This document shows positions 33,401 through 41,791 of a stretch of 64,000 bases of DNA, piece after piece. The DNA comes from Klebsiella pneumoniae. GTDB taxonomy: Bacteria; Myxococcota_A; UBA9042. The number at the start of each line of letters is the position of its first letter. The first letter of the stretch is position 1. Where the stretch lies: assembly GCA_945889325.1 (NCBI GenBank), contig CAMDBH010000006.1:3975-67974 (forward strand), given 5' to 3'. The notes under the pieces are model-generated. The model ran no database searches. It saw only the letters and a program-made list of their open reading frames with translations, and was not told the DNA's origin. The position numbers and the translations under genes are program-made.

Positions 33401-33481
33401 CAGGAACGCGCTCCGGCCGAGCCCGAACTGGCGCCGATCCGCGCCGGCATCGTGGTCAATCGGCGCCGCGCTGGATCGTAA
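30413..33481 (+). CDS. topA: Type IA DNA topoisomerase I with Zn-free C-terminal repeats and Lys/Pro tail
   Basis: LVIVESPTKA, ATDDDREGE, SAGRVQS, ITYMRTDS (catalytic Tyr), EAHEAIRP, GIGRPSTY; five GR(Y/F)GxY/F repeats. Confidence 0.97.
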   Translation: MARASLKTAHGASLVIVESPTKANTIRKYLGDEFIVEASVGHIRDLVTKKTDLAAGDALRDKSWVHYGVNIDNDFEPLEEIYLVPADKKRQVDALKSALAKCDALYLATDDDREGEAISWHLLQVLKPKVPIKRLVFHEITKEAIAEALNHTRQVDESLVIAQRTRRVVDRLFGWDVSEVLWRKIKPGLSAGRVQSVALRLLTQRERERMAFVSSNFWDIDARFAKDAEPFEASLFRLGAQRIASGKDFDDTTGKLVNHDVLLLTEKTAKAACERLGNRQAKIIKIEVKPQSMRPHPPFTTSTLQQEANRKLRFSAKQTMQVAQKLYENGFITYMRTDSVQLSDQALTAARTLIEAQYGKTYLPTAPRRYQTKTANAQEAHEAIRPAGTSFPPQAEVERSLGRDAERLYDLIWKRTVASQMLDAQVEQTAVDIAVDDAIFRANGRTTRFAGYLKAYVEGSDDPEAALGDRDKVLPIMQVGDVLHWGAPPLDAKGHDTKPPARLTDASLIKALEERGIGRPSTYAAILQNLLDKEYAFRRGAAALVPTFMGMAVIQMLEQHMPHLVDYNFTADMEARLDAIARGEEQSGQYLRNFYNDGFPASGNQAAVQGLTEVISSVRDRIDPVSASSVPIGANDGEPVVVRIGRYGTFVKNGERTANVPDDLAPDEMTVAKALELIDAKAKGDAPMGSDPKTGEPVFLRNGRFGWYLQRGAASKDEKADKPKMVSLSKGMKPELVTMDLALQQLALPRTLGKDPKSNQAIVVTVGRYGDYLKCGEDTRTLAAGSLAITLTLEQALATLAKPKGTQGKEHVRDLGVRARDGKTLSLWTGRYGIYVTDGEVNKTLGDLLDPDALTVEKADAMLMAALEAKTGKVLGKNPANDQPVRLIDGRFGPYLTDGITNASLARGADQAEMTLEEALDRLKHFGKPAKGKKTARKSAGAKAKTVAAPKADKKVAAEKPAATRPTIAKAKAKPKPPPPKPVESGVMSARKAARQQERAPAEPELAPIRAGIVVNRRRAGS

Positions 33482-33502
33482 GGACCGATTGCCGCTGCAG
33501 TG

Positions 33503-34504
33503 CTACCGCGGCGGTTCCAAAAGCGCGATCGGCTGCAAACCTTCAAGCAAACGCGCGATTTTCTTCTTCAAATTGGTCTCAATTTGGCGCACACGTTCGC
33601 GTGATATGCCGAATTGATCACCGATGTCCTGCAGCGTGACTTCCTGATCAGCGAGCAAACGCTGATTGAGAATCGCCAGTTCTTTGTCATTGAGTTCAGC
33701 GTGCAATTCGCTCAGACGCTCCGCCACGATCGAACTGACTTCGGCGCTGGCATATTGTTCTTCCAGGCTGGGTCCAGGGCTGGCCATCGTTTCGGACAGC
33801 GTCATTCTTCCATCATTTCCAAAATTTGCATCCAAGTTCAAATCGTGTCGTGCCGCATGAGCCGCGCGCCGCCATTCCTCGACTTCGGTCTCACTCGGCG
33901 TGCGGTTGACGCGTTTGGGACTGGCTGCCGTGGCTTCGGCCGCGATCAGAAAAGTCTCGTCCTGCTCCAAAGCGTTGGCGTCATCCAGCACGATTTCGGC
34001 ATCGAGCGTCTCACCATCCAGTTCAATTTCAGCGCCTTCTGCGCCAACGGCGCGCGCTGCCTGTTCTTCTTCGTCGCCCTCGACCGCTGGTAATCCGCGG
34101 CGGCCAAATAGCACGCGGCGCTGTTGCGAAATCGGTCCGACTTTGACCAGCGACCACGAATTAATAATATAATTCTGGATGTATGCCTTGATCCACCACA
34201 CGGCGTAGGAAATCAGCCGGTAGCCGCGATCCGGCTTGAACTTGCGCACGGCCTTCATCAAGCCGATGTTGCCTTCTTGCACCAAATCGGTCAGCTTGAT
34301 GTCGTAGTGGCTAAATTGATAAGCAATTTTAACGACAAAACGCAAGTTTGCGGTCACCAGCGCGCGTGCGGCGGCCGGATCGAGGCCTTCCTGGTATTTC
34401 TTGGCCAACGCATACTCTTCCTCGCGGGTAAGCAGCGGATAACGATTCACTTCCGCCAAATACTGCTCGAGCGTATCTTTCAAAATCGGTTCGCGTATGG
34501 CCAT
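33503..34504 (-). CDS. rpoH: RpoH/sigma-32 family sigma factor
   Basis: DLVQEGNIGLMKAV, YAVWWIKAYIQNYI, degenerate RpoH box QRRVLF, TLQDIGDQFGISRERVRQIE. Confidence 0.75.
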   Translation of the reverse strand: MAIREPILKDTLEQYLAEVNRYPLLTREEEYALAKKYQEGLDPAAARALVTANLRFVVKIAYQFSHYDIKLTDLVQEGNIGLMKAVRKFKPDRGYRLISYAVWWIKAYIQNYIINSWSLVKVGPISQQRRVLFGRRGLPAVEGDEEEQAARAVGAEGAEIELDGETLDAEIVLDDANALEQDETFLIAAEATAASPKRVNRTPSETEVEEWRRAAHAARHDLNLDANFGNDGRMTLSETMASPGPSLEEQYASAEVSSIVAERLSELHAELNDKELAILNQRLLADQEVTLQDIGDQFGISRERVRQIETNLKKKIARLLEGLQPIALLEPPR

Positions 34505-34682
34505 ACGGCTAGCTCCTAATACGTTTTGCGGTGTGGTGCGCGGCGGCGATTGTAGCATGTTCCGGCTGTCCGTATGCAAACTCTTGGCTTGCGCAAGCCT
34601 TGACAACACGTAGGGTAGCCGCATTATTCCCCCATTGCGCGCCACAATGCGCGTTGACGGCCAGTCACAGCAGCGAGGCGCC

Positions 34683-34958
34683 ATGCAGTCCCCGACGACA
34701 AGTACTCACATTGATTTCAACACGTTCATCTTGTCGTTGGCGAGTTCGGCGATGATGCACATGGGCATTGTGCCCGATCCGAGCGGCCGCCAAGCCGACG
34801 TCAACTTGGAAATGGCCCGCCAGACCATCGATATGCTGATCATGCTGCGCGGCAAGACCCAAGGCAATTTGGATCCTACGGAAGCGACGATGCTCGAACG
34901 TGTTTTGCACGACGTGCGCGTTGGTTATTTGGAAGCGACCAAAAAACACGCGTCGTAG
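34683..34958 (+). CDS. DUF1844 family protein
   Basis: IDFNTFILSLASSAMMHMG...DP...NLEMARQTIDML..L..KTQGNL. Confidence 0.85.
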   Translation: MQSPTTSTHIDFNTFILSLASSAMMHMGIVPDPSGRQADVNLEMARQTIDMLIMLRGKTQGNLDPTEATMLERVLHDVRVGYLEATKKHAS

Positions 34959-35021
34959 CGGCCATTTTATCGGCTTGGTCCGACGGCAACGGCAACTTGA
35001 AAATTTTGCTTGGGATTGCGT

Positions 35022-36488
35022 ATGGCTGTTGCGGCAAAATCAAAAGAGACAAATGAGCAACCGACCTTGCTCATCGTCGACGACGAACCGGCATTTGCGG
35101 AATTGCTGTCCGAACATTTAGCGCGCGCTGGCTTTTTGGTCCTGCGCGCCGTCGATGGCGAAGCGGCGTTGGGCCTTTTGCGCGAGCGCTCGGTCGACCT
35201 CATGTTGATCGACGTGCAGATGCCGCGCATGACCGGTTTGGAAGTCGTTGAAATTCTTGCACGCCAAAACAGACTGCCGCCAACTTTGGTGATGAGCGCT
35301 TTTGGCAGCCTCGAAAATGCCTTGCAAGCCATCCGCTTGGGCGCGATCGATTTTTTGTCCAAGCCATTTCGCCTGGCTGAAGCGGAATTGAAAGTTCGCT
35401 TGGCGCTGGAAAAAACCCGCGTCAAAGACAAACGACCAGCGGACAAAGGCGGCAACGCCAAGCAAACCCCGGAAGAAGCCGAAGCGCCGGACATCGGAAT
35501 CCGTAGTTATTTTGGTATGGTAGGTGGAACGGCGCCGATGTTGGCCCTGTTTCGGCAAATCGATCGGGTGGCGCGTTTTGGTTCGACGGTTTTGATAAGC
35601 GGCGAGTCGGGCACCGGCAAGGAATTGGTCGCCAAGGCGTTGCACCAGTCGTCGCCGCGGGCAAAGGGCCCTTTTGTGGCGGTCAATTGCGGAGCCATTC
35701 AACCAAACTTGCTTGAATCAGAACTATTTGGTCACGTCAAAGGCGCGTTTACCGATGCCCACACCGACCGCAAGGGTCTGTTTGAGGAGGCCAACGGCGG
35801 CACGCTGTTTTTGGACGAGATTGTCGATTTGCCCCTGCATTTGCAGGTCAAGTTGTTGCGGGTGCTGCAGGAGAACGAGATCCGCCGCGTCGGCGGCAAT
35901 AAAGCAATTGCGGTGGATATTCGCTTGGTTGCCGCCAGCGCCGTGCCAGCGCGACAGCGGGTGCGCGAAGGGCAATTTCGCGAGGACTTGTACTATCGCT
36001 TAAGTGTCATTGAGTTGCAGGTGCCTTCGCTGCGCGAACGGGCCGGCGATATCCCCGTGTTGGTCGAGCATTTTGTTGAAAAAGCCAACACGCGCCTAGG
36101 TACGCGAATTCGCGGCGTTAAGCCGCAGGCGATGGCGCGTTTGTGCGCCCACCATTGGCCGGGCAACGTGCGCGAGTTGCAGAACTGCATTGAACAAGCT
36201 TGCGTGATGAGCGAGGAGGATGAAATTACAGTTGAATCTTTGAATCTCGGCCGGCACGATCCGCTGCCGCGGCATGAACCGGTGACGATTCTGAGTGATT
36301 CATTAAGTATTCCGCTGACTATTGAGGCGACGGAGCGATCGCTGATTCATTCAGCGTTGCAGCGCACGGGGGGGAACCGCACGCACGCTTCAGAGCTGTT
36401 GGATATTTCGCCGCGGAATTTGCAGTATAAAATCAAGCAATATGGGATAGAAGTGGATGCGCCCTCCGGACGACCGCCTAGGCCTTAG
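35022..36488 (+). CDS. Sigma54-dependent response regulator (NtrC family enhancer-binding protein)
   Basis: Receiver IVDDE...IDVQMP, GESGTGKE, ESELFGH, GAFTDA, FLDEI, WPGNVRELQN, Fis-type HTH. Confidence 0.95.
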   Translation: MAVAAKSKETNEQPTLLIVDDEPAFAELLSEHLARAGFLVLRAVDGEAALGLLRERSVDLMLIDVQMPRMTGLEVVEILARQNRLPPTLVMSAFGSLENALQAIRLGAIDFLSKPFRLAEAELKVRLALEKTRVKDKRPADKGGNAKQTPEEAEAPDIGIRSYFGMVGGTAPMLALFRQIDRVARFGSTVLISGESGTGKELVAKALHQSSPRAKGPFVAVNCGAIQPNLLESELFGHVKGAFTDAHTDRKGLFEEANGGTLFLDEIVDLPLHLQVKLLRVLQENEIRRVGGNKAIAVDIRLVAASAVPARQRVREGQFREDLYYRLSVIELQVPSLRERAGDIPVLVEHFVEKANTRLGTRIRGVKPQAMARLCAHHWPGNVRELQNCIEQACVMSEEDEITVESLNLGRHDPLPRHEPVTILSDSLSIPLTIEATERSLIHSALQRTGGNRTHASELLDISPRNLQYKIKQYGIEVDAPSGRPPRP

Positions 36489-36866
36489 CCTCCCCGGCGG
36501 CTTTTAGCTGCGCATTGCTTTTGCCTCCGGCGGTTTTGCGCTGCGCGCGGCCCCGGCACGCTGAAGCGTGGACGAGCGGCACCTGCGGGTGCCGGTTGCG
36601 CGCTATCGCGCTGGATGCAAAGGGAGAAAACCAACGCTCTTTGATTCCGTGCTTAGCCGCTCAGGTTTTCTCCCTCTGCACTCCCTCTTTCCTTTTGGCA
36701 ACCGGTACGAGCTCGTTGCGCCCAAGGGCGCAACATCGCGCTGAATTCCCGCTTCGCGGCTGCAGGGGCGACGGGGCTGACGCCCGACGTCGCTGAAGGC
36801 GCCCACCCCCGTCATTCCCGCGGAGGCGGGCTTGCCAGACGTAGCCCGTGGCTTACAGCCACAGGG
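36489..36866. repeat. Dense mosaic of hairpins / REP-like elements (possible structured RNA)
   Basis: Stems at 36557-36570, 36577-36594, 36616-36632/36664-36680, 36715-36734, 36817-36830 and 36841-36866. Tandem GCCTCC(CC)GGCGG units at the left end. Confidence 0.7.
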
Positions 36867-36989
36867 TCCTAGCCGAAGGTCGATAACAAATCTACAGAAG
36901 ATCTACTAATAATCAGCGCTTATGTGCAAATGGCGTCGACGCACCGTTTTCTTGATCGCGGTTTCGCCCCAAACGGTCATGGCTTTGGT

Positions 36990-37017
36990 GCCATCCGCCA
37001 TCCGCCATCCGCCATCC
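36990..37017. repeat. Heptamer tandem repeat (GCCATCC)4
   Basis: Four exact units. Confidence 0.9.
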
Positions 37018-37235
37018 TATTGTAACAATTGCGAAAATTAATGTCAACAGCAAGTTTTTGATTCGCGTGCGGTGAACTATTTTCTGACGAGACCAGGCGC
37101 TTTCGGCCAATTTTGCTGGCCAAATACGGATGTTTGGACGAAGGTGTCTTTGGGGCAAGGTGCGCATCAGGCAATGGGCCGCGCAGAAAATTTTGGGCGT
37201 GGATTTGGGCTATCGATTAAAAACAAGGAGAAATT

Positions 37236-37625
37236 ATTAGATTTATTGTAATTTGTGAAAATGTGCCGTTTGATTTTTTCAGCGGCGCGACGATTCGCTT
37301 GGCGACAGGTGTCGATGTGCCCAATTGCAAAACTGTTTCCGTGCTTGTGCGTTATCACACCGGCGCTAAATTTGTTGGAACTGGTTCGTCGCTCACCGTT
37401 GACGTGCGGGCGGCGTGGCCGTTTTCGCGCGACGCTGCGATTTACGAATTTGCCACGGCGCTTTCGAGCGCTGCGGTTCTTGCTGCGAGTACAGCGCCTT
37501 CGGTGATTCCGGGCGTGGTCGGTAGTTGCACGGCACCTGCGGTGGATGTCGTGCTCACCGCTGTTAAGGGCGCAGGCGATTGTGGCGCAAATATCAGCGT
37601 CGGGCTAATGTTGTCGGAATATTAG
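37236..37625 (+). CDS. Small beta-rich hypothetical protein; probable ATT start (else GTG at 37263)
   Basis: AAGGAG at 37225-37230, then an in-frame ATT at 37236 giving MRFIVICENVPFDFFSG. No upstream in-frame ATG before the TAA at 37218. Confidence 0.55.
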   Translation: MRFIVICENVPFDFFSGATIRLATGVDVPNCKTVSVLVRYHTGAKFVGTGSSLTVDVRAAWPFSRDAAIYEFATALSSAAVLAASTAPSVIPGVVGSCTAPAVDVVLTAVKGAGDCGANISVGLMLSEY

Positions 37626-37864
37626 TTCGAGTTTCAATGGCATGGCACGACAGCTGGCCAAACGGGGGTTGCTGTATTCGGCCCCATCCGGTGCCTGACC
37701 GCCTGCGCGAAAAATATCGCACGGTTGCGCGTCGTTTGCGTTAAACTATCCGACGGTGGGCTGAACGGTCCTCGGAGGCGTCGTCGAAGTTGTCGCCTGC
37801 GGGGGGTCACACCGCAACGCGCTGCGCTCCTGTGTTGCAGTGCGTGATTCAACGGAGGTAATCG

Positions 37865-39232
37865 ATGAAGGACGACCCCAAACCCTACAACCCGGCCACA
37901 GAACAGCATTGGGACGATATTAAGGATATACGTCCCAACTCTTACGAAAGAGCGGTGCCAAAATACGGTGAGTCGGATTTGGGCCTCAGCCTGCAATACA
38001 TCAAGTTCGTTCATGATGATCCAACGACAAGTGCCTTGTATATGGGTGGAAAAACAACTGGAATTTGGAAAGCCGGCAAATCGTCCGATTTGCCCTTGCC
38101 CGTTCTTTATCCAATTGACCCACACGGAACACCCGACGACAAATCGGGATTCACAGTGATTCTAGGCTTTGCTGCCGACCAAGCTGGGACATACACCGTG
38201 TGGGCAGATGGCGGTGGGCGGTTGGGAGCCGTCAAGCCCTTCAGCGTGGTTTTCGACAGCGCTGGTATGCAGGAAGTCGCCGTATCTTTAAACCACGCTT
38301 TCTTCAAAGTCTGCATTTCGAGCGCCGTGTGGATATGGTCCGCCAAGAGCGCGATCGGCGGCGGCGGATACAACAAGATTCAAGAGAAAACCAATCCCGG
38401 AAAGTGTTTGAATGTTCTGTATATTCAGCTGTATTTGACTTTTGGCGCGCCGTACATACCTAATTCCGTTGATGTTGGCCCAATTCTCGATGTCGCGATT
38501 CCGCCGCTGCTTGCGATCTCGGCGCAGAATCCGGTCACAGCGCTCACTGCGCTCTGTCAGGCGATCTTCCCCTCGGCGCCCGGTGAAATTGGATTGTTCA
38601 AAGCCCAGTACCAAGCGGGCGCATCGAAATTCGCGGAGTGGCCGAAACCATTGAATGCTAAAATGAATGGAAGCCCCTACGAGGGAAACCCTTTGGTGAT
38701 AAAATTGACCTTATTACTCGCCCACATCAACGGCGATTGGAAAGTCAACGGCTTGGCGCAATGTGACTCCGCGTCATTCAACGGCGGATTTGCTATAATG
38801 GCACGCGCCCTCGGTTTGCCAATGAACGTGGCCTTTGTGCCGGAATTTATAGCCTGGCCGGTTCGCACTAACGGTTATGTCGGCTTCCTCAGTTCGGTGC
38901 CGAATAAGTACCAGAGCGTAACGAGCGACTTTATTTATGTGACGAGTTGGCAAGATGCAATATCACGCTACGAAAAGACTGGGCACTTTATTTGCACCTC
39001 GTCGCTTGCGGACAAAAATGGGTTTATCCCTCAGACCGCGCTTCTGTATGATGTAACATTTGCCGTCAACGGGTTGCCAAAGCTGGGGGCGGGATTTCAA
39101 CCGCCGGATCCCGCGAAGTTTCAGCCGCTTTTTGTCTTCGGCATTGAGCGCGGACTGTGCTTTTTCCGTATCGTGGAGGCAGTTAATTTAGGCGGGTACC
39201 TTTCCGGCATATTTGAACTCAAGTTGGTCTAG
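37865..39232 (+). CDS. Hypothetical protein with putative transglutaminase/papain-like Cys-His-Asp triad
   Basis: GGAGGT RBS. QC300DSASFNGGFAIMARALGLP, GH374FI and LYD396V have the order and context of a transglutaminase-like core. Confidence 0.55.
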   Translation: MKDDPKPYNPATEQHWDDIKDIRPNSYERAVPKYGESDLGLSLQYIKFVHDDPTTSALYMGGKTTGIWKAGKSSDLPLPVLYPIDPHGTPDDKSGFTVILGFAADQAGTYTVWADGGGRLGAVKPFSVVFDSAGMQEVAVSLNHAFFKVCISSAVWIWSAKSAIGGGGYNKIQEKTNPGKCLNVLYIQLYLTFGAPYIPNSVDVGPILDVAIPPLLAISAQNPVTALTALCQAIFPSAPGEIGLFKAQYQAGASKFAEWPKPLNAKMNGSPYEGNPLVIKLTLLLAHINGDWKVNGLAQCDSASFNGGFAIMARALGLPMNVAFVPEFIAWPVRTNGYVGFLSSVPNKYQSVTSDFIYVTSWQDAISRYEKTGHFICTSSLADKNGFIPQTALLYDVTFAVNGLPKLGAGFQPPDPAKFQPLFVFGIERGLCFFRIVEAVNLGGYLSGIFELKLV

Positions 39233-39240
39233 CGGTCGAA

Positions 39241-39792
39241 ATGGCTAATAGGTTTGCTACATTCACGCTTTTGGCTTTGGGATCCTGCCACGGCGCTGTC
39301 TCTAGCGTCGCGCCGACGGCGGACACCGCGCCGGAATCGGAGTACATGAAGTTGTTCAAGAGTTGCTCCGGTTGCGCTGGCTCCGGCGCTTGCCATTACA
39401 TCGAGACCGATTTTGGCTCCTATTGCGTCGCCTTTTTTGACTCGGACTGTCGTCAATCGAGCCTATGCCGTTGGGACGGCCGCTGTTGGCTTCGCGATTC
39501 TCAATGTGTTGCGCGGTTTGACTCTGACTGCCAACCTTCGGTGAGCTGCGAACAGAGCGGTCACTGCCATTTTGACGGCGCATTTGCTTGCAACGCCGCG
39601 GGCGCTGATTGCGCCGCGCCGACTGCGCTTTGCGTTTTGGGCGGCCTATGCACGGCCGTCGACGGCGTGTGCATTGCGACCTCCGCGACAGATTGCCAGC
39701 TTGCGACGTCATGCGGTGGCTCCAAGACGTTGGCACCGTGTAACGGCCTATGCTGCGAAGCCGGTTGTAAGAATTGCTGCACGATCTTCTGA
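39241..39792 (+). CDS. Cys-rich repeat lipoprotein
   Basis: MANRFATFTLLALGSC lipobox; about four CxAxxDxDCxxSxxCxxxGxC repeats. Confidence 0.75.
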   Translation: MANRFATFTLLALGSCHGAVSSVAPTADTAPESEYMKLFKSCSGCAGSGACHYIETDFGSYCVAFFDSDCRQSSLCRWDGRCWLRDSQCVARFDSDCQPSVSCEQSGHCHFDGAFACNAAGADCAAPTALCVLGGLCTAVDGVCIATSATDCQLATSCGGSKTLAPCNGLCCEAGCKNCCTIF

Positions 39793-39825
39793 ACTTGGAA
39801 AATGTGGGCGACAGAATGCTCGCGC

Positions 39826-39961
39826 CAAGCGCTCAAAACGTACCCAACCACCGAACGCAAATCCGTAGGCAGCAAGCCCGCTTGCCGGGCGACGCCGTCG
39901 CGCCAGGATTTGGGACACTTGTACAACACAATGATATCACGCCCGAAACCACTGAATACCA
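39826..39961 (-). pseudogene. Internally deleted remnant of a GSU2403-like nucleotidyltransferase gene
   Basis: 39826-39927 aligns ungapped to 40786-40887 at 77/102 nt (hand count), with a 23-bp identical core. It encodes LYKCPKSWRDGVARQAGLLPTDLR versus LCKWPKSWRDGVARQIRLLPADLR. Confidence 0.8.
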
Positions 39962-39995
39962 AGTTATACGCAGGTAACCAAAACTGCGTATAACT
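39962..39995. promoter_or_regulatory. 34-bp palindromic site, copy 1
   Basis: AGTTATACGCAG-GTAACCAAAA-CTGCGTATAACT, with perfect 12-bp arms. Confidence 0.75.
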
Positions 39996-40131
39996 CCCAC
40001 GCAAATACACGCTGCCACCCACACCCGCGCCCCGCGTGAGGCAAAGCCTTGACTTTCCGCCAAATCCGCGGCAGTTTAGCGCACAATCCGGCGAAAATCG
40101 GCCTTGATGCGCAGCGAAAAGCCAGCAAACC

Positions 40132-40716
40132 ATGACCAACCTCGAAACCGGCTATGAACTCGACCGACGGTGGCATTGGCTGCGCGGAGAAACCATGCAA
40201 GATGGGGCGGATGCTTCAAAACAGCTTGCGTTAGAGGCGCTTGCGGCGGTGCTCGGCGCCAGCGGTGTGCCGTACGCGATTATTGGCGGTGTGGCTTTGC
40301 AAGTGCATGTGTTGGAGCCGAGAACGACGTTGGACATCGATGTGGCGGTGGCTGATCGGCGCTTTTTGCCCGTCGCCGCGATGCAACAGGCGGGGTTTTC
40401 CCGCACTGGCCTATTTGAGCACACTGAAAATTGGCAAGGCCCAGGCGCTGTCCCGGTGCAATTTACGGATGATCCTGCATTTGCCGCAGCACTGATGCGC
40501 ACAGTCGAAGTCTCTAGCGGTTCCAGTCAGTTGCGCGTGCTTTGTGTGGAGGACTTGCTGCTTGCGAAATTGCGCGCAGGACGCGATCCCGCGCGGCGCC
40601 AGTCCAAGCGCATGCAAGATCTGACGGACGTGCAGACACTGATTGAAATCCATGCAGATTTGGCCGAACTGCTCTCAGCAGAAGATCGGGCTTTGCTCGC
40701 GCGCTTCTTCGGTTAG
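40132..40716 (+). CDS. Nucleotidyltransferase-fold protein (DUF6036/AbiEii/MenT-like)
   Basis: YAIIGGVAL...RTTLDIDV catalytic motif and C-terminal LLAKL...K..QDL. Alternative start 40195. Confidence 0.75.
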   Translation: MTNLETGYELDRRWHWLRGETMQDGADASKQLALEALAAVLGASGVPYAIIGGVALQVHVLEPRTTLDIDVAVADRRFLPVAAMQQAGFSRTGLFEHTENWQGPGAVPVQFTDDPAFAAALMRTVEVSSGSSQLRVLCVEDLLLAKLRAGRDPARRQSKRMQDLTDVQTLIEIHADLAELLSAEDRALLARFFG

Positions 40717-40784
40717 GTGTGCGGCGCGCAAAGGTGGCTGCACGATTTTGCAACTGCTTCGGATGTCATCGTGCCGCCGTCCAA

Positions 40785-41786
40785 CTAAGCCCGCAAAACA
40801 TCCTCTACTTCACCACGCAAATCGGCAGGAAGCAAGCGGATTTGTCGAGCGACGCCGTCGCGCCAGGATTTAGGCCATTTGCACAACGCGCGCCAAGCGG
40901 TCGCTAGATCGTTTGGACTCTCTTGGACCAAAACTGCAAGCAGACTCGACGCTTGCGCGAAATCCTTGGCACGCTTGTCCGGGTCTATGCGCCGCGGCAA
41001 GATCAGCAGCTTGTGCAATGCGTAACGCGCCGGTTGCGGCACGCGCATGAGCACGCCGGTGCCCAAAGGAAGCGCTGTCAAAGCGGAGTCTTGCAACAAA
41101 TAATCCAAGAAGCGCAGCGGTTCGCCGTGCGTGCGCAACGCCGGAACGACGATCGGCAGTTGGTTGGGCCGACCGATCAACGGAGTCAGCACGTCGACTC
41201 GCTGGCGCTGACCGGGCAAAACGAACATCACCGGTGGGCGCGCTGAATCCAAAAAGCGCGCAGGCTCAAAGCCAAGACGGGTATCGGCAAGGACTTGCTG
41301 CAAATCAATCTGTTGATCAGCCGGTTGTGCTGTTGCGGCCAAGTCGATGTCGTCTGTGGCCGCGTAATTTGGCCAGCGCAATGCGAACATGCCCTGGTAG
41401 GCCACAAATGCGTAAGTTCCGACAAGTACGGCGCCTGTTGCGTGGATGCGCGCTTCGCCCAGCGCCGTCAATACCCGCGCCATGGGGCCCTGCAAAGCGG
41501 GCCCATAGACGGGACGCAAGACGTCGCACAGAGTGCTGCGGGCGTTGCGCGCGGCCATTTCAGCCAATAGATGTTGGACCGCTGGCTCGCTATCGGGTCC
41601 GAGATAGGTCTGGCGATTTTGGCCATCGACATGCAGTTGCCAGTACCAGTACACCTTGCCTTTCAAGGTTTTGCGGACGAGCGTTGCCCGCGCGGGGGCT
41701 GCGATTTCGCTGGACGCCTCGGCTGACAATTGGGCCAATAATTCGCTATAAGCACCCTGAAGTGCGTTGGGCAGCCGGTAGCGCAT
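40785..41786 (-). CDS. GSU2403-family (NTP_transf_8-like) nucleotidyltransferase-fold protein with N-terminal three-stranded beta domain
   Basis: VLVGTYAF...ATDDID, VDVLTP, LRFLDYLL, VPQPARYALHKL and KRAKDFAQA. N-terminal RKTLKGKVYWYWQ...QTYLGP. Confidence 0.75.
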   Translation of the reverse strand: MRYRLPNALQGAYSELLAQLSAEASSEIAAPARATLVRKTLKGKVYWYWQLHVDGQNRQTYLGPDSEPAVQHLLAEMAARNARSTLCDVLRPVYGPALQGPMARVLTALGEARIHATGAVLVGTYAFVAYQGMFALRWPNYAATDDIDLAATAQPADQQIDLQQVLADTRLGFEPARFLDSARPPVMFVLPGQRQRVDVLTPLIGRPNQLPIVVPALRTHGEPLRFLDYLLQDSALTALPLGTGVLMRVPQPARYALHKLLILPRRIDPDKRAKDFAQASSLLAVLVQESPNDLATAWRALCKWPKSWRDGVARQIRLLPADLRGEVEDVLRA

Positions 41787-41791
41787 CAGGT

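Noticed and set aside
35730-35760. GAFTDA instead of GAFTGA in the sigma54 activator
   Set aside because: A known natural variant among enhancer-binding proteins.
36489-36900. RNase P RNA, tmRNA, SRP RNA, group II intron or IscB omega-RNA
   Set aside because: No diagnostic motifs found (GAGGAAAGTCC, tmRNA acceptor ends, SRP domain IV, intron domain V), and no associated RT/IscB/TnpB ORF.
39561-40139. 192-aa minus-strand ORF as a real gene
   Set aside because: It strings together the palindrome, the gene remnant and antisense of the lipoprotein; treated as a pseudogene fragment.
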